This document shows positions 8,186-16,492 of a stretch of 32,000 bases of DNA, one piece after another; positions within the stretch are counted from its first letter, which is position 1; every line of letters begins with the position of its first letter. A program made the position numbers and the translations under genes. Below the pieces are notes generated by a model. It did not search any database and was not told the DNA's origin. It saw only the letters and a program-made list of their open reading frames with translations. This DNA comes from Ruminococcus albus 7 = DSM 20455 (lineage in GTDB: Bacteria; Bacillota; Clostridia; Oscillospirales; Ruminococcaceae), in contig NC_014825.1 of the NCBI RefSeq assembly GCF_000179635.2, positions 30,001 to 62,000 on the forward strand, given 5' to 3'.

Positions 8186-8749
8186 ATGCATCATGATGTT
8201 TGTCTGAATATCCATTACTCAGCACCCCGTGAGATATGGGATATGATCGGAGAAGTTTATCGTTCAATGGAGTACTGGTGCGATAATGAAAATGCCTGGA
8301 AAGGCGAAGGGATAGACCTTTGTGCATCTGTTGAACCCGGAGGTTTACAGATCAGCGGAGAGATGCCGGATGAGATATGGGATAAATGGTTCAGCACGCT
8401 GAAAGACAATCTTTCCCATAAACTTGGATACGGTATAGGTGAACCCGAGGATGGATTCATGTTCAAATACTGGGCACCTTTCAAGAAAAAGTATTCCGAT
8501 ATCAAAACCATCGACAGCAAACAGATAGTATTCAACGATTACTCCACATTCTTCTGGGATCATTTCACTGAGCGTGAAAGGGATATCACCGGTGATCCAC
8601 CTTATTTTCTGTTCAGATCTCCACTGATAGAACTTTTCATTTACTTTGATAGCAACGGATCGGTATCAAAAGATAAACTGCATCAGGATTTTAATGATCT
8701 TCAGTTCAAACTTAACGATCTTGGTATAACAACCTCTGATCTTACATAG
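8186..8749 (+). CDS. hypothetical protein (orphan, AT-rich)
   Basis: SD GGAGAGGAG (8168-8176) lies 9 nt before the ATG at 8186, and the ORF-track TTG at 8177 abuts that SD. The product is a Trp/Asp/Glu-rich soluble protein of no family I recognise. Confidence 0.65.
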   Translation: MHHDVCLNIHYSAPREIWDMIGEVYRSMEYWCDNENAWKGEGIDLCASVEPGGLQISGEMPDEIWDKWFSTLKDNLSHKLGYGIGEPEDGFMFKYWAPFKKKYSDIKTIDSKQIVFNDYSTFFWDHFTERERDITGDPPYFLFRSPLIELFIYFDSNGSVSKDKLHQDFNDLQFKLNDLGITTSDLT

Positions 8750-8751
8750 CC

Positions 8752-8798
8752 AAAAAAAAACGGATAGCCGTCCGACAAAGACGGTCATCCGTTTTTTC
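8752..8798. terminator. bidirectional intrinsic terminator between convergent genes; one member of a repeated hairpin family
   Basis: An A-run (8752-8760), then stem ACGGATAGCCGTC (8760-8772) / GACGGTCATCCGT (8780-8792), then a T-run (8792-8797). A near-identical hairpin lies at 26547-26580. Confidence 0.8.
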
Positions 8799-8827
8799 AT
8801 ACTTCTGTTTTTTATATATGCACAGCA

Positions 8828-9538
8828 CTATTCCGATAAAGTCCAGCCGTTATCACCGTGATAGATCATCAGCCTGGTCATACCGCCGTCTATGCATATA
8901 TTCTCTCCTGTGATAAATCCTGCCTTGTCAGAGCACAGGAACAGCACCATATTCGCTATATCAAGAGGATCACCCACACGGCCGCAGGGCTGCTGTACAG
9001 CATCCGCACCCTCATATACCCTGAAGCTTGTATCTATCCATCCGGGCGATATGGAATTTACACGTACTTTTCCCGACAGGCTCACAGCAAGTGCATGAGT
9101 GAGCGCAGCTATACCACCTTTTGCAGCCGTATAGCTTTCTGTCTGAGGCTGACTCATTCTGTCCCGTGAGGACGAGATATTAATTATTGAACCGCCCTCA
9201 TTGAAATATGGCATGAACAGCTTTGAAAGATAAAACGGTGCAGTCACACCCACTGACATAGCATACTCAAAATCCTCATAGCTGCACTCGCTTATACCCT
9301 TCATAAGCGGCAGAGCGTTATTTATAAGATAGTCTATGTGACCATATTTTCTTATAACGCTTTCTGCAAAAGCTTCAAGCACAGACTTATCAGCTATATC
9401 ACCCACATAATGATCTCCCTCAGCTTTATCAATAATGCACACAGCGGCACCACTCTTGCGAAACTCCTCAGCGATACATTTTCCGATACCGTTAGCACCG
9501 CCTGTAATGACTGCTACTTTGTTTTCAAAATCATTCAT
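8828..9538 (-). CDS. SDR family oxidoreductase
   Basis: TGGANGIG motif, NNA, and a YxxxK motif (YTAAKGG). Length is typical of a classical SDR. Confidence 0.85.
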   Translation of the reverse strand: MNDFENKVAVITGGANGIGKCIAEEFRKSGAAVCIIDKAEGDHYVGDIADKSVLEAFAESVIRKYGHIDYLINNALPLMKGISECSYEDFEYAMSVGVTAPFYLSKLFMPYFNEGGSIINISSSRDRMSQPQTESYTAAKGGIAALTHALAVSLSGKVRVNSISPGWIDTSFRVYEGADAVQQPCGRVGDPLDIANMVLFLCSDKAGFITGENICIDGGMTRLMIYHGDNGWTLSE

Positions 9539-9574
9539 TGGTTACACCTCAGTTCTGTATTTCCTGTTATTTAC

Positions 9575-9603
9575 AGTATATCAGAAAGCGGATAAAAGGT
9601 CAA
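9575..9603 (-). promoter_or_regulatory. candidate sigma-A promoter of SDR gene 8828..9538
   Basis: Minus strand reads TTGACC (9603-9598), a 17-nt spacer, then TATACT (9580-9575). Confidence 0.55.
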
Positions 9604-9611
9604 TACAAGCT

Positions 9612-9652
9612 GACAGCCCTGATCTGTACATAAATCACAGATCAGGGCTGTC
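9612..9652 (-). terminator. strong hairpin after copA (terminator-like, no clear U-tract)
   Basis: Perfect 16-bp stem GACAGCCCTGATCTGT (9612-9627) / ACAGATCAGGGCTGTC (9637-9652) with a 9-nt loop, 18 nt past the copA stop. Confidence 0.6.
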
Positions 9653-9669
9653 ATGATAATATTCTTTTC

Positions 9670-12198
9670 TTACTCAACTCCAAGCACTTTATAATCCTTG
9701 GCTTCCACAGCCTTTCTGAGCACATCATCATCAACAGGTGCACTCAGTGTAACAACAGCAGTACCAGCTGTATGATCGGCTGCTGCACTCTCAACGCCGT
9801 TTATCTCCTCCAGCGCCTTTTTAACACTTGCCTCGCAATGCGGGCACATCATGCCCTCGATCCTGATAGTTTTTGTCATTGTATTATCCTCCTTATTTGT
9901 TATCTCGGATACTATCTTTTCGACAGCCTCCGTACTTACCATATTTTTACTCCGATCATGTGACGGATCGTGTGGTCTTACAAAATTCAGTCTCAGTGCA
10001 TTCATGCAGACGAAAAAGCTCGAAAGCGCCATTGCTGCAGCACCGTACATCGGCTTCATGCCTATGCCGTAAAGACCCATCGCAAGGGGTATGCACACGG
10101 CATTATAGAAAAATGCCCAGAATAGATTCTGGTGGATATTTCGTATCGTCGCACGGCTTAGCCTTACCGCCGCTGCCACGTCTGAAAGTCTGCTCTTCAT
10201 GACAACTATATCCGCAGCATCAATGGCTATATCCGTTCCTGCACCTATAGCTATACCGCTGTCAGCGACGGTAAGTGCAGGTGCATCGTTTATGCCGTCA
10301 CCTACCATAGCTGTCTTTCCAAGCTTTTTCAATGCAGCTACAACATCTGCCTTGCCTTCGGGCATTACACCAGCAATAACATGATCAACTCCTGCACTTT
10401 CAGCAACAGCCCGAGCCGTTCGCTCGTTGTCACCTGTGAGCATGACCGTCTGTATACCCATACCCTGCAGCTCACGCACCGCCTTTGCAGAATCTTCTTT
10501 GATGCGGTCAGCAACAGCTATCATACCTGCAAGTTTACCGTCATAAGCAAATATAAGCGGTGTTTTACCCTCAGCTGCAAGTTCCTCTGCCTGACGGCTA
10601 AGGCTGTCATCTGCAAGCCCCTTCGCCGCCATAGATCTCAGACTTCCGCCAAGCACTTCCCTGCCGTTCAGCCGTCCTCTTATGCCGCTGCCCGGAAGTA
10701 CTTCGGTATCTGTGACTTCACTGAGCTCCATTCCCTCTGCAGCTGCCATTACTGCCTTAGCCAGCGGATGCTCACTGTTCTTTTCAAGTGATGCCGCCAG
10801 CATCAGCAGTTCATCACTATCTCTGCCAAGCGGTACTATATCCGTTACAGCAGGCTGCCCCTCAGTGACAGTACCTGTTTTGTCCAGTGCTATTATCTGT
10901 GTTCTTCCTGCCAATTCCAGAGCTGCAGCTGTTTTGAAAAGTATGCCGTTCTTCGCACCAACACCGCTGCCAACCATTATAGCCACAGGAGTTGCCAGAC
11001 CCAGCGCACAGGGACAGCTTATGACCAGCACCGATATCGCCCTGGCCGCAGCAAACGATAATGTCCTTCCCGCTATCAGCCAGCCTGCAAAAGTGATCAG
11101 TGCAAGCACCGTAACCGTCGGCACGAATACCATAGATACCTTATCCGCAATACGTGCCAGCGGAGCTTTTGTTGCAGCAGCATCTGATACTGTGCGTATT
11201 ATCTGTGCAAGAGTAGTATCTTCGCCAACGCGTTCTGCTCTGCATTCGATATACCCATGGGTATTGATAGTAGCAGCCGATACCCTGTCACCCACAGATT
11301 TATCACAAGGTATGCTCTCACCAGTAAGTGCGGATTCATTGACAGAAGTGCTGCCCTTTGTAACTATACCGTCCACAGGTATCTGTTCGCCGGGACGCAC
11401 AGCAAATATATCTCCTACACCCACTTCCCCGATATCCACTTCCATCTCTTTTCCGTCTTTCAGCAGAACTGCAGTCTTCGGTGCAAGACGAACAAGACCT
11501 TTCAGTGCATCCGTTGTACGCCCCTTTGACTTAGCCTCCAATATCTTTCCCACTGTGATAAGTGCAGGTATCATCGCCGCAGATTCAAAATACATATCCA
11601 TTCCGTACTTCATCACTGTTTCGTGATCGTTCCTGCCCTGCGCAAGTATCATCAGGAAAAGCTCTGCCACAGAGTACACAAATGAAGCCCCCGAACCGAG
11701 TGCGACCAGTGTATCCATATTAGGTGAACGGTGAAGCAGTGCAGACATCCCCGATGTAAAGAACTTACCGTTTATCACCATCACTGCCGCCGCGAGGAGA
11801 AGTTCAAAAAGCCCGAGAAAAACATGATTCTCAAAAGCATCGGGCGCATACCATCCCCACATCATATACCCCATAGAAAAGTACATAAGCACCATAAGCA
11901 AAGGTAATGACCAAAGCAGTCGTTTTTTTAGCTTAGGCGTTTCACGGTCTTTAAGTGCATCCTCATCAGCCCACTTTGCCGACCGTTTTTCCTGTGATGC
12001 CATCTCGGGCGATGCGCCGTACCCTGCTTTTTCAACTGCCATTACTATATCCTCGGCAGAAGCAGTACCCTCAACGCCCATAGAATTAGTAAGCAGACTT
12101 ACCGAGCAGGATGTGACCCCATCGACCTCTTTAACCGCTTTTTCAACACGCCCTGCACAAACCGCACAGCTCATGCCGGTAACATTGTATCGTTCCAC
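9670..12198 (-). CDS. copA: copper-translocating P1B-type ATPase with N-terminal and C-terminal heavy-metal-binding (HMA) domains
   Basis: N-terminal [15 protein letters not shown], membrane CPC motif ([11 protein letters not shown]), DKTGTVT phosphorylation site, GDGINDAP, and a C-terminal [18 protein letters not shown] domain. Confidence 0.95.
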   Translation of the reverse strand: MERYNVTGMSCAVCAGRVEKAVKEVDGVTSCSVSLLTNSMGVEGTASAEDIVMAVEKAGYGASPEMASQEKRSAKWADEDALKDRETPKLKKRLLWSLPLLMVLMYFSMGYMMWGWYAPDAFENHVFLGLFELLLAAAVMVINGKFFTSGMSALLHRSPNMDTLVALGSGASFVYSVAELFLMILAQGRNDHETVMKYGMDMYFESAAMIPALITVGKILEAKSKGRTTDALKGLVRLAPKTAVLLKDGKEMEVDIGEVGVGDIFAVRPGEQIPVDGIVTKGSTSVNESALTGESIPCDKSVGDRVSAATINTHGYIECRAERVGEDTTLAQIIRTVSDAAATKAPLARIADKVSMVFVPTVTVLALITFAGWLIAGRTLSFAAARAISVLVISCPCALGLATPVAIMVGSGVGAKNGILFKTAAALELAGRTQIIALDKTGTVTEGQPAVTDIVPLGRDSDELLMLAASLEKNSEHPLAKAVMAAAEGMELSEVTDTEVLPGSGIRGRLNGREVLGGSLRSMAAKGLADDSLSRQAEELAAEGKTPLIFAYDGKLAGMIAVADRIKEDSAKAVRELQGMGIQTVMLTGDNERTARAVAESAGVDHVIAGVMPEGKADVVAALKKLGKTAMVGDGINDAPALTVADSGIAIGAGTDIAIDAADIVVMKSRLSDVAAAVRLSRATIRNIHQNLFWAFFYNAVCIPLAMGLYGIGMKPMYGAAAMALSSFFVCMNALRLNFVRPHDPSHDRSKNMVSTEAVEKIVSEITNKEDNTMTKTIRIEGMMCPHCEASVKKALEEINGVESAAADHTAGTAVVTLSAPVDDDVLRKAVEAKDYKVLGVE
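9877..9894 (-). promoter_or_regulatory. internal in-frame SD plus ATG in front of the C-terminal HMA domain of copA
   Basis: AAGGAGGA (rc of 9887-9894), a 7-nt spacer, then ATG (9879-9877) in the copA reading frame. Initiation here would give a 69-aa CopZ-like product, [15 protein letters not shown]... Confidence 0.5.
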
Positions 12199-12207
12199 TG
12201 CCGCACC

Positions 12208-12516
12208 TCACTTCATAAGCTTTTCAAGAGTATTCATCAGTTCATCCACAGTATCTTCCCGACCCTCACGTATATCCTCCGAAACGCAGGTGCGCAGGTG
12301 GCTTGCCAGAAGTGTCCTGCAAAAACTGTTCAGCGCCGAATTAGCCGCCGAAGCCTGAGTAAGTATATCAGGGCAGTATGCATCCTCATCCAGCATACGC
12401 TGCAGCCCCCTTATCTGACCCTCTATACGTTTAAGACGGTTCATCAGGTCACGTTTTTCCTTTTCGTCCCTGACTTTTTTTCTGCCGCAGTGACAGCACC
12501 TTTCTGTATCTGACAT
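12208..12516 (-). CDS. csoR: CsoR-family copper-sensing transcriptional repressor
   Basis: LMNRLKRIEGQIRGLQRMLDED, then YCPDILTQ and SHLRTC, which together give the C-H-C ligand pattern of CsoR. SD AGGAG lies 8 nt before the ATG at 12516; an upstream in-frame ATG at 12537 is also possible. The gene ends 9 nt before copA. Confidence 0.88.
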   Translation of the reverse strand: MSDTERCCHCGRKKVRDEKEKRDLMNRLKRIEGQIRGLQRMLDEDAYCPDILTQASAANSALNSFCRTLLASHLRTCVSEDIREGREDTVDELMNTLEKLMK

Positions 12517-12538
12517 TTTATCAGCTCCTGTCATCATT

Positions 12539-12555
12539 ATACCCCCACGGGGTAT
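12539..12555. promoter_or_regulatory. CsoR-type operator 1 (in the 5' UTR)
   Basis: ATACCCC-CAC-GGGGTAT, a 7-3-7 perfect inverted repeat of the GC-rich TACCC...GGGTA type known for CsoR operators. Confidence 0.7.
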
Positions 12556-12567
12556 TATTATACCTAT

Positions 12568-12596
12568 ATTATATACCCTCCCGGGGTATTTGTCAA
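12568..12596 (-). promoter_or_regulatory. consensus sigma-A promoter of csoR-copA
   Basis: Minus strand reads TTGACA (12596-12591), a 17-nt spacer, then TATAAT (12573-12568). Confidence 0.8.
12573..12589. promoter_or_regulatory. CsoR-type operator 2 (occupies the promoter spacer)
   Basis: ATACCCT-CCC-GGGGTAT, with 6 of 7 arm positions complementary. It lies between the -35 and -10 hexamers. Confidence 0.7.
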
Positions 12597-12600
12597 GTGG

Positions 12601-12625
12601 GTCCTGACCGGACGGGCAGGCACGT
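12601..12625. repeat. GC-rich direct repeat, copy 1
   Basis: GTCCTGACCGGACGGGCAGGCACGT. The 14-mer core CGGACGGGCAGGCA (12609-12622) is identical in copy 2. Confidence 0.85.
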
Positions 12626-12691
12626 TACTTACAATGCAAATTCGGGCAGTTTTTTCTCGGTATCCATTGTAAGCTTTATCGGATAAACATT

Positions 12692-12717
12692 GTCCTCGGG
12701 CGGACGGGCAGGCATGT
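12692..12717. repeat. GC-rich direct repeat, copy 2
   Basis: GTCCTCGGGCGGACGGGCAGGCATGT, with the core at 12701-12714. Confidence 0.85.
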
Positions 12718-12732
12718 CACGAATTCAACCGA

Positions 12733-12761
12733 CAAAAAAGGGAGCCGTAAAACAGCTCCCC
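12733..12761 (-). terminator. intrinsic terminator after addA
   Basis: Minus strand reads GGGAGC-TGTTTTACG-GCTCCC followed by TTTTTTG (rc of 12733-12739). Confidence 0.75.
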
Positions 12762-12796
12762 GAAATATCCATAAATTATGCAAGTTTCCGATTTAA

Positions 12797-15700
12797 TTAC
12801 AATACAAATTCCAGACCCTCACCCAGTTTGAATGAGTAGATGTAGCTGCTCTTCACCCGTTCTCCAAGAAGCAGCTCAAAAGCAGCTTTATACAGCATGA
12901 GCTGTGTCTTGTATCGTTTCATCTCATCCGTACTTTTGAAATTATCTGTCTTGTAATCCACAAGGACCCAACCGTCGGGTTCTTTGAATATGCAGTCAGC
13001 GATACCCTGGATATATCCTTTGTTGGTGGTGTACTCACTGAGTTCCTCCGTAAGACCAAGGTCTTTCACGCTTGCAAGAAATTTCTGCTCACGCCGCAGG
13101 TCATCCGAAGACATCATTCTATCAAAAAGGCTGCTGTTCACGAAAATCTTCAGCTTATCGGTATATACACCCTTAGCCTCTCTTTCGCTCATGCATCCGC
13201 GGCTTACAAGTCTGTCTAGTTCAGCGTCTACACTTTCACGCGCCTTGCTGTAATCAGCCAGTTCCATGAATTTATGGGTATACGTACCCCTCTCTGCTGC
13301 ACTAAGCTTATCAAGTTCATCATTCAGCCTCGGCAGATTAGGGAAGAACTCGGTGTTCTTATCACCCTGATCCTTTGCTTTTTCCGCAGCCACTATCTCG
13401 GTAACGGTAAGCTTTGCAGGCAGACGTGTTTCGGGTCTGTCTGCACTTGCGGCATAGATATTTCTCAGCCTTGCGACCAATGCAGGGTCAGCAGCAGCAC
13501 GGACGGTCTTTTCATTTTGTTCCGATACTTCAGTATCAGTATCCTCGCTGCACACATGGTAGCTTATGCTTATCCCCTCGGCGTTCTCCGAAACAGGCAC
13601 TGTATCAAGAGGCATACCAAGCCATTCTTCAAGCGCTGACCTTTCCTTCAGCTTTGAAAGACACATTACTGTCCACGTCAGTACATTTTCCTGAGCAGAG
13701 ACTATATCCGCAGGTATCCTGTCGTACTTAGCTGAAGCCTTCACAGCATCACGCAGTTTTTCCATGATCCTGCTGCGGGTGACATGGCCTGTCTTTTCGT
13801 TGGAAAGAACAAACATCAGCTTTTCCTTGGCTCTGGTACATCCTACATAGAACAGACGCATCCTCTCGCTTTTGTGTTCACGTACTATCATATCTGAAAG
13901 ATGATCGTAATAGAGGTCGGCACGCTTGACATTCAGCCGCCTGTCCTTCAGCACGAATGCACAACCCATAGTCTTATGAAGCTTTATCAGTTCGCGCGTA
14001 TCATCACGTACAAGAGGCTTTGAAAGGGTACACATAAATACAAACGGGTATTCCAGACCCTTTGACTTATGGTATGTCTTAACATTAACTGAATCTCCGC
14101 CTGCCGTAACAGACACCGCATTCCTGAATGCCTTGTCGTTTCCCGATACCGAATCTATATACCTCAGAAAACCCGTAACACCTTCGTTGCCGCTGCGTTC
14201 GTAATCTCCGGCATACTGCAGCAGCAAACGCAGATTAGCACGCTTTTTAGCCGAGTCAAGATATATCGAAGTCAGCGCCATCAGGTCAGCCGCATTAAAT
14301 ATCCGTCTTATTAGTTTTTCAAGGCTCATGCTCATAGAGCAGTAACGCAGGGATTCTATCATTTCAAAGGCTTTGCGGCATTTTTCCTGCAAAACATCCG
14401 AGCCCATATCAACGTACTTCGCGTACTTTTCATCCGTACCCTTTTCCCTTGATGCTCCTGCCAGTATCTGGTAGATGTGATCCGGCTTTTTAGGATTCGC
14501 AGCCTTGCACTTCAGCCTTATATGCACCATTTCATCGGGAGTAAATCCCATAACAGGCGACATCATCACAGCTGTAAGAGATATATCATTCATGGGATTA
14601 TCAACACATCGCAGCAGGTCAAGGGCAAGAGATATCTCCCTTGACTTTATGTATCCCTCGGTATCTTCGCAGAAAGCCCTCAGTCCTGCCGCAGAGAGTG
14701 CATCTGTTGCCTGACGGATATTATCGTTTGTATTCACCAGTATACAGAAATCCGACTGTCTGCATGGTCTGTCAACGCCGCCGTCACACACAGGCTCGCC
14801 GCTGTCTATCATCTCACGTATGCGTTTAGCCGTACAACGGAATTCCAAAGGTATACCGCTTTTTTCATCGGGTGCATCCACCAGCATCACCTCAGCAGGA
14901 CAGCTCCTGTCAGTATATACAGCACCTGCTTCAAGCCTTTCGCTGCCGTCATAATCCACCTGACCGCAGCCGCTGCTCATAAGTGTTTCAAATATGAAAT
15001 TCGACAGGGCTATGACTTCACCCCTGCTTCGGAAATTCTTTTGCAGACCGATATGCTCCAGTTTCTTTTCCTCGCCGTATCTCTGAGCAAGCTCAATACA
15101 GTTTTTGAAGAGTTCGGGATTAGTCTTGCGGAAGCCGTAAATCGCCTGCTTCATATCACCGACAATAAAAGTATTACTTCCCATAACTGTAAGGTCGTCC
15201 GTGTCTGATACCGCTTTGAATATCATTTCCTGTATATCATTTACATCCTGATATTCGTCTATGACTATCAGCTTGTATGCTCCACCCGAGCGTATCTCCT
15301 CAGCGAGTTCAGTTCGTTCAAAGCCATCATCTGTTTCACGCACCAGCAGATTTTTAGTCATAAGCTCAATATCACCGAAATCCACTGCATTCTTTTCCAG
15401 CTTTATATCGTAGCTGACTTCCTCGACCCGCTTTTCAAGCCTGCATACCGCCATGAACAGTTTCTGCACCAGTACCAGGTTATCACGCAGATGTTCCTTA
15501 GAAAGTTCCAGTCCCCGTGAGCCTTCCTTCAGCACCGTGCATACATTATTTATATCATTCTTAAAGCGTTCCTTAACATCACTGAATATAGCCTTTACAT
15601 CCTCGGGGGGCTTACCTGATAAACGCATAGGCTTGTATTTTTCGGTTTCTATCTTGCCGAAAGCCGTACTGTCAAGATGAGCTGCAGCAAGCTGATAGCT

Positions 15701-16492
15701 GCTGAATACAGCCTCGCATATCGCCATATTCTCCTCAGCTGTCTTAACATGATCCTTGAGCGCATAGCTTGCTCCGCCTGCCGATATGGTATAGTTATAG
15801 CAGTAACGTGCATCATCCAGAAAGCGTGCTGCTTCATCCAGTTTTCCTTTGAATCGTGAAAATGTGCTTTCATAAAGCATATCAAAGAACTCATCACTAA
15901 GACAATTATCCGAAGTGTCGCGTATCCACTTGTCTGTATGACAAATCGACCGCAGATGACCGTAAAGCTCCTTCACAGCATATTTCAGATCGCCGTTCTC
16001 CACAGGAAAGAAATTATCCAAGAATTTGTACTCATCCGGATCATTGGCACAAAGCTCCTCAGCTGCCTGCTCAAAAGCCGTATCAAATATCATATCGCAC
16101 TCTGCTTCGCTGAGTATTTTCAGATTTCCCGTAAACTCGAACTTGTTCAGGTTCTCCTTGACCATATCAAAGCAGAATGAATCTATGGTAGATATCCTTG
16201 CCAGCTGTGCCAGATCCTGCTGCTGCAATACCCATACATTTTCAGGGTCCTCACGCAGCTTCTTCTCAAAAGCAGCATTCAGCTTGTCGCGCATCTGTGC
16301 AGCCGCATCTATCGTAAAGGTAACAGCCAGCAGTCTGTCTGCAGGTATAGCTTTTTCTTTGTCCGTCAGCAGACGTATTATCCTTTCTATGAGCACTGCG
16401 GTCTTTCCGCTTCCTGCCGCCGCTGATACGGTTACTCCCCTGCCGTATGAATCAATGGCTTTCTGCTGATCTTCTGTCCAGCTCACACTCAT
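12797..16492 (-). CDS. addA: ATP-dependent helicase/nuclease subunit A
   Basis: UvrD-type N-terminus (QQKAIDS...VSAAAGSGKTAVLIERI), DEYQD, and a C-terminal PD-(D/E)XK nuclease motif (GIADCIF...LVDYKTD). The start overlaps the addB stop (TAATG). Confidence 0.93.
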   Translation of the reverse strand: MSVSWTEDQQKAIDSYGRGVTVSAAAGSGKTAVLIERIIRLLTDKEKAIPADRLLAVTFTIDAAAQMRDKLNAAFEKKLREDPENVWVLQQQDLAQLARISTIDSFCFDMVKENLNKFEFTGNLKILSEAECDMIFDTAFEQAAEELCANDPDEYKFLDNFFPVENGDLKYAVKELYGHLRSICHTDKWIRDTSDNCLSDEFFDMLYESTFSRFKGKLDEAARFLDDARYCYNYTISAGGASYALKDHVKTAEENMAICEAVFSSYQLAAAHLDSTAFGKIETEKYKPMRLSGKPPEDVKAIFSDVKERFKNDINNVCTVLKEGSRGLELSKEHLRDNLVLVQKLFMAVCRLEKRVEEVSYDIKLEKNAVDFGDIELMTKNLLVRETDDGFERTELAEEIRSGGAYKLIVIDEYQDVNDIQEMIFKAVSDTDDLTVMGSNTFIVGDMKQAIYGFRKTNPELFKNCIELAQRYGEEKKLEHIGLQKNFRSRGEVIALSNFIFETLMSSGCGQVDYDGSERLEAGAVYTDRSCPAEVMLVDAPDEKSGIPLEFRCTAKRIREMIDSGEPVCDGGVDRPCRQSDFCILVNTNDNIRQATDALSAAGLRAFCEDTEGYIKSREISLALDLLRCVDNPMNDISLTAVMMSPVMGFTPDEMVHIRLKCKAANPKKPDHIYQILAGASREKGTDEKYAKYVDMGSDVLQEKCRKAFEMIESLRYCSMSMSLEKLIRRIFNAADLMALTSIYLDSAKKRANLRLLLQYAGDYERSGNEGVTGFLRYIDSVSGNDKAFRNAVSVTAGGDSVNVKTYHKSKGLEYPFVFMCTLSKPLVRDDTRELIKLHKTMGCAFVLKDRRLNVKRADLYYDHLSDMIVREHKSERMRLFYVGCTRAKEKLMFVLSNEKTGHVTRSRIMEKLRDAVKASAKYDRIPADIVSAQENVLTWTVMCLSKLKERSALEEWLGMPLDTVPVSENAEGISISYHVCSEDTDTEVSEQNEKTVRAAADPALVARLRNIYAASADRPETRLPAKLTVTEIVAAEKAKDQGDKNTEFFPNLPRLNDELDKLSAAERGTYTHKFMELADYSKARESVDAELDRLVSRGCMSEREAKGVYTDKLKIFVNSSLFDRMMSSDDLRREQKFLASVKDLGLTEELSEYTTNKGYIQGIADCIFKEPDGWVLVDYKTDNFKSTDEMKRYKTQLMLYKAAFELLLGERVKSSYIYSFKLGEGLEFVL

